Of a stretch of 33,343 bases of DNA, positions 7,352 through 15,010 are shown piece after piece. Under the pieces are notes generated by a model. That model ran no database searches. It saw only the letters and a program-made list of their open reading frames with translations, and was not told the DNA's origin. The DNA comes from a virus (taxonomy: Duplodnaviria; Caudoviricetes): positions 1-33,343 of the IMG/VR virus record IMGVR_UViG_3300009161_000016; one strand, 5' to 3'. Position 1 is the stretch's first letter; each line of letters opens with the position of its first letter. The translations under genes and the position numbers were made by a program.

Positions 7352-7466
7352 AGCTTTACCAGTACAAGAAAAAAAGAAACCTATCTTTATAATGATTAAA
7401 GGTAAATTTGTTAACGAAGTAAAACAAAAACTTAAAGCCATTGAAAGAGAGTATTCTACAAAGTAA
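7326..7466 (+). CDS. Small basic putative DNA-binding protein, 46 aa (MKKETRGRKALPVQEKKKPIFIMIKGKFVNEVKQKLKAIEREYSTK), not in ORF track
   Basis: Translated by hand. Bridges dcm and VRR-NUC; RGRK followed by strand and helix resembles ribbon-helix-helix proteins. Confidence 0.55.
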   Translation: MKKETRGRKALPVQEKKKPIFIMIKGKFVNEVKQKLKAIEREYSTK

Positions 7467-7689
7467 AATAATTAAGCACTTTGAACTACTAGGCTACTAC
7501 GTTGTAAAAATAATACAATGCAATAAAAATGGCATGCCCGATTTAATGTTATTAAAAAACGGCAATACTTTCTTTATTGAATGCAAAGCCGAAAAAGGAC
7601 GCCTAAGTGAATTACAAAAGTACCGCCACGAACAACTAGAAGAACAAGGATTTGAAGTAAGAACAATTTATAAAATGCAAGAACTATGA
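7441..7689 (+). CDS. VRR-NUC domain nuclease (putative Holliday junction resolvase)
   Basis: E..LQ..I, GMPDL, FIECKA, GRLSELQ motifs; TTG start. Confidence 0.88.
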   Translation: MKESILQSKIIKHFELLGYYVVKIIQCNKNGMPDLMLLKNGNTFFIECKAEKGRLSELQKYRHEQLEEQGFEVRTIYKMQEL

Positions 7690-8303
7690 TAATTACCAAC
7701 GAAGATAACATGGCCTTAATGGCCCGCTATCCAGATAAGTATTTTGACTTGGCTATTGTAGATCCGCCTTATGGATTAGAAAGGTTACAAAAAGGATCTT
7801 TAAGACTTGGAGGTATTAAAGGTAATTATACTGAAAAATTAAATTGGGATAAAAAACCAAATGAGTTATATTTTCAAGAATTATTTAGAGTGTCTAAAAA
7901 TCAAATTATTTGGGGTGCTAATAATTTTGTATTACCGCCAACTGAATACTTTTGTATTTGGAATAAAAAACAAAGTGTAGAAAATTTTGCAAGTGCTGAA
8001 TATGCTTGGGTAAGTATGGGATTAAAAAAGCCGGCAAAGGTTTTTGAATTTTCAATACATAAACATAATCAAGTTGATAAGATACACCCTACGCAAAAGC
8101 CCGTAGCACTTTACAAATGGCTACTAGATAAGTACGCAAAAACTGGCGATAAAATATTAGATACGCACTTAGGCTCCGGATCAATAGCAATAGCATGCCA
8201 CGACTACGGCTTTGAGTTAACTGCTTGCGAACTAGATACTGAATATTACAACAAAGCAATGCAACGAATTAATAATCACATAAAACAACAAAAACTTTTT
8301 TAA
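7686..8303 (+). CDS. N6-adenine/N4-cytosine DNA methyltransferase, beta class
   Basis: DPPY precedes HPTQKP and the SAM-binding LDTHLGSGS. Confidence 0.92.
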   Translation: MIITNEDNMALMARYPDKYFDLAIVDPPYGLERLQKGSLRLGGIKGNYTEKLNWDKKPNELYFQELFRVSKNQIIWGANNFVLPPTEYFCIWNKKQSVENFASAEYAWVSMGLKKPAKVFEFSIHKHNQVDKIHPTQKPVALYKWLLDKYAKTGDKILDTHLGSGSIAIACHDYGFELTACELDTEYYNKAMQRINNHIKQQKLF

Positions 8304-10799
8304 ATGATAAAAGCCGCACACTACTACACAAAACAAGGATTTTCAGTTATACCCATTGGCGACAACAAACGCGCCGTATTTCCTTGGACGGAATACCAAA
8401 CTAGGATAATGACCGACCAAGAAATTAAACAACAATTCACAAACGACCGCACTAAAAACATTGCCATTATTGGTGGTTCCGTTAGCGCTGGGCTTGAAAT
8501 TATTGACGTCGATTTAAAGTACGACGTTACCGGTACACTTTGGCTTAACCTACAAGAAGCCCTAAAAGATTTATTACCACTACTTTACGTAGTACGTACA
8601 AAGTCGGGCGGGTACCATCTTTATTATAGATGCGAAGAAGTCCAAGGCAACCAAAAACTTGCCATGCGCAACGCCACCAAAGAAGAACTTAAAGAAACAC
8701 CACACGCCAAAGAAGTAGTCCTAATAGAAACACGAGGCGAAGGCGGGTACGTACTAGCGCCACCAAGTGAAGGTTATACCAAAGAAAAGGAATTTAAAGT
8801 AAATGTAATAACCCTAGAGCAACGCGATTCAATATTAGCTATTTGCCGATCCTTTAACGAAGTAGTAAAAGAAACCCGTACACAACTACCAGCCGACGCC
8901 GATACTTACGCCACCACGCCATGGGACGATTACAATAACAAATGTAATGTAGTAAGTTTACTTGAGGCCCATGGTTGGCAATGGGTAGAAGCCAAAGGCG
9001 ACCGCGATTATTTAAAGCGTCCTGGTAAAACTGATTCTCACATTTCGGCCGACTATCATAAAGGCCTTAACTTGTTTAAAGTATTTAGCACTAGCACCGA
9101 GTTTGAAACCGGACGCGGCTACAAGCCATTTGCTATTTACGCAACCCTAGAACATAATGGTAATTTTAGCAACGCTGCAAAGCAACTTATTAAAGATGGC
9201 TACGGCGAACAACGTAACCGAATTGGTAATAATATTAAAAAGGATTTTGTAAATAAAAAGGATGAAGGCATCGACAATGATAACATTGCCGCATTCATAA
9301 GCCAAAAACATAAAATAGATATTAACAAAGCAAAAAACTTAGTTAACGAACTTGATAGCGACAACGATACACAACTGCTTACATTTTGGAGCGTAGTAAA
9401 AAGCATTATAACTATTGACCGCTATAAACTTATAAGCCTACTAAGTAACGAAGGTGGATTTTATTTGTACTACTACGACAAGAAACTTAACTACCAACTT
9501 GTACGCGTAATAGATAACTTTGTAAGTGAAACTAATATTGAACAAGTAAAGAAGTTCCTTATTAATTACATTGATGCCATCCCTTACGAAAACTTTGATG
9601 GCATAAATAAAACCCGACTACGCGAAGTTATTTACAAAGGCGCCGACGCTTATTTTAATAAAGCCCTATTTGAATTTATGCCTAACATAGATTTAAAGTT
9701 TTTAAAGCACACAAAAGATTCCGCCTACTATCCATTCCTAAATGGCGTGGTACATGTAACTAAAAACAAAAAGGAACTACTTAAATATGGCGCTATTAAT
9801 ATGCACGTTTGGAAGGATCAAGTTATACAATACAAAATAGATGTTGACCAAGACTTGGACTACGAGAACGTGCAATACACTAAGTTTATTAACAAGATAA
9901 GCGATAGCAACCCAGAGCGCGAAGCCTACGCCATTAGTTTAATTGGTTACCTATTGCATACTTACAAGGATCCTACAAAGTCGTACGCCGTTATCCTAGC
10001 CGAAGAAACCGAAGACGAAAGCGCCGGTGGTGGTGCCGGTAAAGGTTTGTTCTTTAAAGCTATTGGCAAACTTATTAACCTTGTTAGCATTGATGGTAAG
10101 AACTTTAAGCTAGATAAGTCCTTTGCCTTCCAACGTGTGGAACTTAGTACCCAACTTATAGTAGTTGAGGATTGCCGTAAGAACGTAGACTTTGAAGGAT
10201 TCTATTCCAAGATAACCGAAGGCGTTACCATAGAAAAAAAGAACAAGGACGAGATTTATATAAGCTACGACGACGCGCCAAAGTTTGGCTTTACTACCAA
10301 TTACACTATAAACTATGCCGGTGGGCATGGCAAACGTAGAGTAAAGGTAATTGAGTTTAGTAGTTTCTTTAACCATAAAAATACACCACTAGACTTCTTT
10401 GGTGGCAAGGCATTGTTCAACGACTGGGACAACGACGAATGGAATAGGTTCTACAATTATATGATTGAATGCGTACAAATATATTTAGAAGCCGGAATAC
10501 CAGCACTTGATAATAGCTTAACCATTAACCGCAAAAATATTAAACTTAACTTTACTGAGGACTTTCTGGACTATTATGATAGCGTTGTGCAAGACAAATG
10601 GTTTGAGTTTGGAGCCGAGTATCAAAACTTTTTAGGAATTAACGACCTAGAAAAGAAAGATTATAGCCAAGTAAGGTTTAAAAAAGGCCTACAAGTAGCA
10701 AGCGAATTATTTGGATTTAAACTAATAACATTACGTAACCGACAAAATAATAACAAAAATGAGTTTAAAATCTTATCTGGATCCGTTGGTAGCTTTTGA
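8304..10799 (+). CDS. Bifunctional primase-polymerase (Prim-Pol) fused to a C-terminal P-loop helicase-like domain
   Basis: N-terminal IIDVD, TKSGGYHLYY, ETRGEGGYVLAPPS; C-terminal Walker A GGAGKG, Walker B LIVVED, TTNY. Confidence 0.88.
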   Translation: MIKAAHYYTKQGFSVIPIGDNKRAVFPWTEYQTRIMTDQEIKQQFTNDRTKNIAIIGGSVSAGLEIIDVDLKYDVTGTLWLNLQEALKDLLPLLYVVRTKSGGYHLYYRCEEVQGNQKLAMRNATKEELKETPHAKEVVLIETRGEGGYVLAPPSEGYTKEKEFKVNVITLEQRDSILAICRSFNEVVKETRTQLPADADTYATTPWDDYNNKCNVVSLLEAHGWQWVEAKGDRDYLKRPGKTDSHISADYHKGLNLFKVFSTSTEFETGRGYKPFAIYATLEHNGNFSNAAKQLIKDGYGEQRNRIGNNIKKDFVNKKDEGIDNDNIAAFISQKHKIDINKAKNLVNELDSDNDTQLLTFWSVVKSIITIDRYKLISLLSNEGGFYLYYYDKKLNYQLVRVIDNFVSETNIEQVKKFLINYIDAIPYENFDGINKTRLREVIYKGADAYFNKALFEFMPNIDLKFLKHTKDSAYYPFLNGVVHVTKNKKELLKYGAINMHVWKDQVIQYKIDVDQDLDYENVQYTKFINKISDSNPEREAYAISLIGYLLHTYKDPTKSYAVILAEETEDESAGGGAGKGLFFKAIGKLINLVSIDGKNFKLDKSFAFQRVELSTQLIVVEDCRKNVDFEGFYSKITEGVTIEKKNKDEIYISYDDAPKFGFTTNYTINYAGGHGKRRVKVIEFSSFFNHKNTPLDFFGGKALFNDWDNDEWNRFYNYMIECVQIYLEAGIPALDNSLTINRKNIKLNFTEDFLDYYDSVVQDKWFEFGAEYQNFLGINDLEKKDYSQVRFKKGLQVASELFGFKLITLRNRQNNNKNEFKILSGSVGSF

Positions 10800-10887
10800 C
10801 AAATGGATAAAAGTTAACCCAAAAGGTGGTATATTTATATGGCAAGGACAAAGATTTAGGGTAAATGTACGCGGTGTACTCGGTTGA
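10759..10887 (+). CDS. Possible 42-aa protein (MSLKSYLDPLVAFDKWIKVNPKGGIFIWQGQRFRVNVRGVLG)
   Basis: Translated by hand. Overlaps the primase 3' end and runs into the repeats. Confidence 0.35.
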   Translation: MSLKSYLDPLVAFDKWIKVNPKGGIFIWQGQRFRVNVRGVLG

Positions 10888-10986
10888 TGTACGCGGTTTT
10901 TATATATTATATAAATAAAAAGTAATGTATAAATGATTAATAACTAAGTAAAAGTAAAATATATGTACGCGTGTACGCGGTGTACT
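10866..10986. repeat. TGTACGCG(G) iteron-like repeats flanking an AT-rich spacer; putative replication origin
   Basis: TGTACGCGGTGTACT at 10866 and 10972, TGTACGCGGT at 10888, TGTACGCG at 10964; directly downstream of the primase gene. Confidence 0.6.
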
Positions 10987-11065
10987 TACTTTTTTAAGAA
11001 TATTAAGGGGGGTATAAAATAAATAAAAAAATAGTATAGGAACAATAAAACACCCAAAAACAAAG

Positions 11066-11073
11066 TACATTTG
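11066..11073 (+). promoter_or_regulatory. TAnnTTTG -7 promoter element (TACATTTG)
   Basis: 10 nt upstream of the sigma-like gene. Confidence 0.5.
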
Positions 11074-11083
11074 TACAAACCTT

Positions 11084-11614
11084 ATGAAAGATTGCAATAA
11101 ATACATAGAAACCATATATCTTGATCCGCAGATAAACCAACTGATTAGAAATGTGCGTCCCGAGGGTTTACAAGACGACCTAAGGCAAGAAATGGCTTTA
11201 GCCTTACTTAGTATCGATTGCGAAAAGTTAAGCGAAATTTGGGCCTCTAATGGCTTAATAGGTTTTAGTATTAAGATTATTACTAATATGGCATTCAGTA
11301 GCACTAGCCAATTTTATAAAAAGTTTCGTAAAAACGACATTGACAAAGCTATGGCCTATCTACGCAGTCAACAAAAACTACCGGAACTTAACCCGCTATA
11401 TGCCAATATTGCTACCAAACGCCTAGAACAAAAACATAAAGAAGATGAACTTCAAGCACACGAAGCCATATTATTTAAAAAATATGTAGAATTACGCTCA
11501 TGCAAAAAAGTATCTGACTACTTCCAAATACCAGAAAAACATGTTAAGGATGTAATACGTAAAACAAGACAAGAACTAAAAGATATTTGCATTAAACAAA
11601 ATAAAAATATATGA
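11084..11614 (+). CDS. Sigma70/ECF-like transcription factor (probable late-gene activator)
   Basis: DDLRQEMALALL is region 2-like; C-terminal SCKKVSDYFQIPEKHVKDVIRKTR is a region 4-like HTH; sits at the head of the late region. Confidence 0.65.
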   Translation: MKDCNKYIETIYLDPQINQLIRNVRPEGLQDDLRQEMALALLSIDCEKLSEIWASNGLIGFSIKIITNMAFSSTSQFYKKFRKNDIDKAMAYLRSQQKLPELNPLYANIATKRLEQKHKEDELQAHEAILFKKYVELRSCKKVSDYFQIPEKHVKDVIRKTRQELKDICIKQNKNI

Positions 11615-11850
11615 TAACTATTTTACTAGCTGGCTTTTTCTTTGCTTACTATTTTGTTAACGTAGCCAAAATAGTGTACCTTATAAAAAAGATATGGGAC
11701 ATCCCACACCATGAACGCATCAAGCCTTTTGATTGCGTAACTTGTTTAAGTGTTTGGACAAGTGCGGTGCTTTATTTTTTACCCATACAATTCAGCCAAT
11801 TTATTTTAGTTATATTTGCTGCGGGATTCCTTGGCCAAAAAATAAAATAA
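11611..11850 (+). CDS. Small membrane protein with CxxC (DUF1360-like)
   Basis: Hydrophobic helices around KPFDCVTCLSVW. Confidence 0.6.
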   Translation: MITILLAGFFFAYYFVNVAKIVYLIKKIWDIPHHERIKPFDCVTCLSVWTSAVLYFLPIQFSQFILVIFAAGFLGQKIK

Positions 11851-11851
11851 T

Positions 11852-12085
11852 ATGAAACCAGTTGTACTACCAGTACTATGCCACAACGAAGATACCGCTT
11901 TATTTAATGAACTTGGTATTAGTTATAAGTACCAGGACTTAGAAGAAGTAGAGTTTATATTTTTTAACATTGACTTTGCATGTGGTAATATAAGGGATGG
12001 CAAAGAGTTTACCGAAATAGTAAGCGGCGAGGATTCGTACGTAATTAATTTAAGATTTAATGATTTCAAAAAATTATTTATATAA
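11852..12085 (+). CDS. Hypothetical acidic protein
   Basis: Operonic ORF; TATATTTGCT at 11811-11820 may be its promoter. Confidence 0.65.
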   Translation: MKPVVLPVLCHNEDTALFNELGISYKYQDLEEVEFIFFNIDFACGNIRDGKEFTEIVSGEDSYVINLRFNDFKKLFI

Positions 12086-12210
12086 TGGCAAAAGTAAAAG
12101 GTAACGACAATAAAAAGCTAACATTTGGCAAACGTAAGCAAGGCAAGGCAAAAAAAAGTTATAACAAACACACCAGTAAACCAAAGCAATATCGTGGACA
12201 AGGTCGATAA
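12085..12210 (+). CDS. Small highly basic protein, 41 aa (MAKVKGNDNKKLTFGKRKQGKAKKSYNKHTSKPKQYRGQGR), not in ORF track
   Basis: TAATG coupling to the upstream gene. The C-terminal YRGQGR is a motif I recognise from small aquatic-phage proteins. Confidence 0.7.
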   Translation: MAKVKGNDNKKLTFGKRKQGKAKKSYNKHTSKPKQYRGQGR

Positions 12211-13213
12211 AATAATACAAGTACTTGGCATAACGCAAAAGGTAAGCGGTTGCGGGTGGCATAGGGTTTTACTGCCATTGGCTTTTATGCCCGATAGTTA
12301 CAACCATATCTGCAATGTACCTACCGAAGAAATATTAAAAGAACGGCCATTTGACATGCTATTGTTTAATAGATTTAGCCCTTTTGACGATAAGTGGGCC
12401 GAAGCCAAAGAGCATTGGAAAATAGTAATGGACCTGGACGACGACTGGGAACTACCTATCAACCATCCTTTATTTCAATTCTACGAGCCACAAAAAGAAC
12501 GCGTAGTAAAGAACATACAAGCGGCCGATTTGGTTACATGTACAAACGAACGCCTTGCCGATAAAATAAGCAAATACCACAAAAACATTGTGATCCTACC
12601 TAACGCCATTCCTTTAGGCGAACACCAGTACACCGACTTTAGAAACGAAAGCGATAAGGTGCGCATATTTTGGGCCGGTGGTAGCACGCACATGGACGAC
12701 ATAAAAATACTAAACGGACCATTCAAACGCTTAATAGGAATGAAGGGCATTGAGTTAGTGCTAGGCGGTTACACCGATACCGATGAAAATTCAAAATACT
12801 ATTGGGATAAACTTTGGCACCTATTTACTAACGGCGGGCGTATACCCAATAGAAAGCTAAACGGAACCCTACCTAACGAATACATGGTACACTACGAGCA
12901 TGCCGACATAATGGTAATACCTTTAGAAGATAGCGCTTGGCATTCATGCAAAAGTAATTTAAAGATCCTGGAAGCTGCAAGCAAACGCGTAGCCGTAATA
13001 TGTAGCGATGTAGAACCTTACAACAAAGACAAAGACGCACCAGTGCTATGGGTTAAAAAGCAAGCAGACTGGTATAAGCATATTCATTATTTAGTTAACA
13101 ATCCACAAGAAAGGATCCGCATGGGTAATGACCTTTACGAGTGGGCAAAACAAAAATACAATTATGAGCAAATTAGTAGAATTAGACGCAACGAGTTTGG
13201 CCGTCTTATCTAA
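12194..13213 (+). CDS. GT-B fold glycosyltransferase (GT4-like)
   Basis: SGCGWHRVLLP, MDLDDDW, ADLVTCT, LPNAI, IFWAGGSTH, DIMVIPL, KSNLKILEA. Likely GTG start at 12194 rather than TTG at 12125. Confidence 0.85.
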   Translation: MDKVDKIIQVLGITQKVSGCGWHRVLLPLAFMPDSYNHICNVPTEEILKERPFDMLLFNRFSPFDDKWAEAKEHWKIVMDLDDDWELPINHPLFQFYEPQKERVVKNIQAADLVTCTNERLADKISKYHKNIVILPNAIPLGEHQYTDFRNESDKVRIFWAGGSTHMDDIKILNGPFKRLIGMKGIELVLGGYTDTDENSKYYWDKLWHLFTNGGRIPNRKLNGTLPNEYMVHYEHADIMVIPLEDSAWHSCKSNLKILEAASKRVAVICSDVEPYNKDKDAPVLWVKKQADWYKHIHYLVNNPQERIRMGNDLYEWAKQKYNYEQISRIRRNEFGRLI

Positions 13214-13406
13214 GCATAAACATTACTTTGATTTGTTTATGAAGACCGGCGAACTGGTTAACTTTACGCACGAAGTACAAAACGACATACTAGCAGTGTA
13301 CCAAAAGGCAGCGCCAGGATATACATACAACCGAGGATGTGGCGCATGCGTTGGCGCCTTCTTGTATTTAGTTTACAACACTTTTAAAGACCAACTTGCT
13401 TTATGA
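13164..13406 (+). CDS. Hypothetical protein with CxxC (GCGACV)
   Basis: Overlaps both neighbours; start placed at MSKLVEL. Confidence 0.65.
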   Translation: MSKLVELDATSLAVLSKHKHYFDLFMKTGELVNFTHEVQNDILAVYQKAAPGYTYNRGCGACVGAFLYLVYNTFKDQLAL

Positions 13407-13891
13407 ATAATATTCACGCGACTGCAATTATTTACGAGGGCGTACAATTAGGCGATAATATTTACATTGGGCCTTATTGTATTATAGGCGCACCGGCCGA
13501 GCATAAAGCATATTGGAATAAGCCAATAGGCAAAGTAAAGATAGGGGACGGATGCGTACTAACGGGCCACGTTACTATTGACGCTGGCACCGAGGACGTA
13601 ACTACATTAGGCGAAGGCGTATGGATGCTTAAGCATGCGCATGTAGGCCACGACGCATGGATAGGTAGTAACGTTACAATAAGTTGCGGAGCCAAGATAG
13701 GTGGGCATACTATTGTAAGAAGTAATTGCAATATTGGGCTTAATGCAGTGATCCACCAAAAGCAAGAGATTGCACCTAGTTGCATGATAGGTATGGGCGC
13801 GGTGGTAACAAAGAAACTTAAAACTGAACCTTACACTAAGTACGCGGGCAATCCGGCAAAAGAGTTAGGGCCAAATGTTATAACAAAGTAA
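13403..13891 (+). CDS. Hexapeptide-repeat (left-handed beta-helix) acyltransferase, LpxA-like
   Basis: IHATAII, IGPYCIIG, HAHVGHD (compare LpxA HIAHD), IGMGAVV, YAGNPAK. Lacks the LpxA C-terminal helical domain. Confidence 0.85.
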   Translation: MNNIHATAIIYEGVQLGDNIYIGPYCIIGAPAEHKAYWNKPIGKVKIGDGCVLTGHVTIDAGTEDVTTLGEGVWMLKHAHVGHDAWIGSNVTISCGAKIGGHTIVRSNCNIGLNAVIHQKQEIAPSCMIGMGAVVTKKLKTEPYTKYAGNPAKELGPNVITK

Positions 13892-13980
13892 TGTTATAAC
13901 TTTACTTATGTTATAACAAAGTAAGTCAATAACTTTACTTTTTGACACACATGAGCCGAATACAAGTCAAAATCGGCTCA
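13875..13980. repeat. Array of tandem and palindromic repeats
   Basis: 33-bp unit ATGTTATAACAAAGTAATGTTATAACTTTACTT repeated imperfectly (13875-13940), followed by the inverted repeat TGAGCCGA-N13-TCGGCTCA (13952-13980). Confidence 0.8.
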
Positions 13981-13992
13981 AAATATAAAAAT

Positions 13993-14616
13993 ATGAAAGT
14001 ACTAATTGCGGGCCTTGTTTATGGCAATAAGCCAAAAGACATACTAAAAGACAACCTAGCCAAAGCGGGTTATGTTTTTACGTACATAGAAGTAAATAAA
14101 GAAGGCATAGCCGACGCTATGAACGAAGCCATTGACGTAGCTTTAATTGATAACTTTGACGCCATTGCTTATTTAGCAAACGATATTATTGAATCGGATA
14201 ATTGGCTTGCTAAAAAGGTAGAGGCATTGCAGACCTATCCAAGTGCGGGCATTGTGGCAAGTAGTTTGGACTTTGTACGCGGTACAATACAAAGCGAACA
14301 CATTATAAGCAACTGGCTTTTAAGTATGGCCGTAGTTGATAAGATTGGCATCTTTAACGATAGCATGTTTCCTTATGGGCCAATAGACCTGGACTACTGC
14401 GAGAGGGCCAACCTATCCGGATTTAATACTTACTATGTAATGAACTGCAAGGCCGAACACCTAGGCAACCATGCCGGTGGCAACGAATATGGGTGGGACA
14501 AAGGCGCATTAGTTCAAAAATATTGGCCACAACACGTTGAAGATGTTTACTTATATCGCAACGGACTAAAAGATTTAAAATATGGAAACAAGGGAACACG
14601 TAACGAGGAAATTTAG
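13993..14616 (+). CDS. GT-A fold glycosyltransferase (GT2-like)
   Basis: GIADAMNEAI, YLANDI (degenerate DxD), KIGIFND...YGPIDLDYCERA...GF. Start placed at MKVLIAG. Confidence 0.75.
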   Translation: MKVLIAGLVYGNKPKDILKDNLAKAGYVFTYIEVNKEGIADAMNEAIDVALIDNFDAIAYLANDIIESDNWLAKKVEALQTYPSAGIVASSLDFVRGTIQSEHIISNWLLSMAVVDKIGIFNDSMFPYGPIDLDYCERANLSGFNTYYVMNCKAEHLGNHAGGNEYGWDKGALVQKYWPQHVEDVYLYRNGLKDLKYGNKGTRNEEI

Positions 14617-15010
14617 GGACATAGACGAAGACAAGTTAATGGAGTTGGCATACGCTTATTGCGACGACTGCATGGCTGGTAAAAAGGAAGTGGCAACCGG
14701 TAGCGGTAAGATAGTAGAAATTAGGGATAGGCACGTACCTACTATTGATTACTTTCTAGATCATTGGTTGCGCAAGCATAACTTTGAATTTTATAAAAGG
14801 ATGAACCTATGGAAAATAAGACAAGATCCTACCCATCCTTATTATGAAATAACAACGCACATAGTAGCTATGTTTAAAAGTTTAGCGACCGATATTGTAG
14901 CCAACGAGGGCAAAGCAATCTTCTACGCTAAGAACGCACTAGGAATGACCGATAGGCAGCAAACCGAAAACACAAACATTGATACCATTACAATCAAGTA
15001 CGAATCTTGA
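14582..15010 (+). CDS. terS: Terminase small subunit
   Basis: Directly upstream of TerL; AY.DDC, PTIDYF and AIFYAKNALGMTDRQ motifs. Confidence 0.75.
   Translation: METREHVTRKFRDIDEDKLMELAYAYCDDCMAGKKEVATGSGKIVEIRDRHVPTIDYFLDHWLRKHNFEFYKRMNLWKIRQDPTHPYYEITTHIVAMFKSLATDIVANEGKAIFYAKNALGMTDRQQTENTNIDTITIKYES

Noticed and set aside
10900-11304. 134-aa minus-strand ORF
   Set aside because: Antisense to the sigma-like gene and running through AT-rich origin-like DNA; composition is not protein-like.
12125-12193. N-terminal extension of the GT-B protein from TTG 12125
   Set aside because: Better explained as overlap with the 41-aa basic ORF; GTG 12194 gives a typical start.
13875-13940. Mini CRISPR array
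   Set aside because: The units abut with no unique spacers and no cas operon is present; the Cas4-like nuclease fits a recombination exonuclease.
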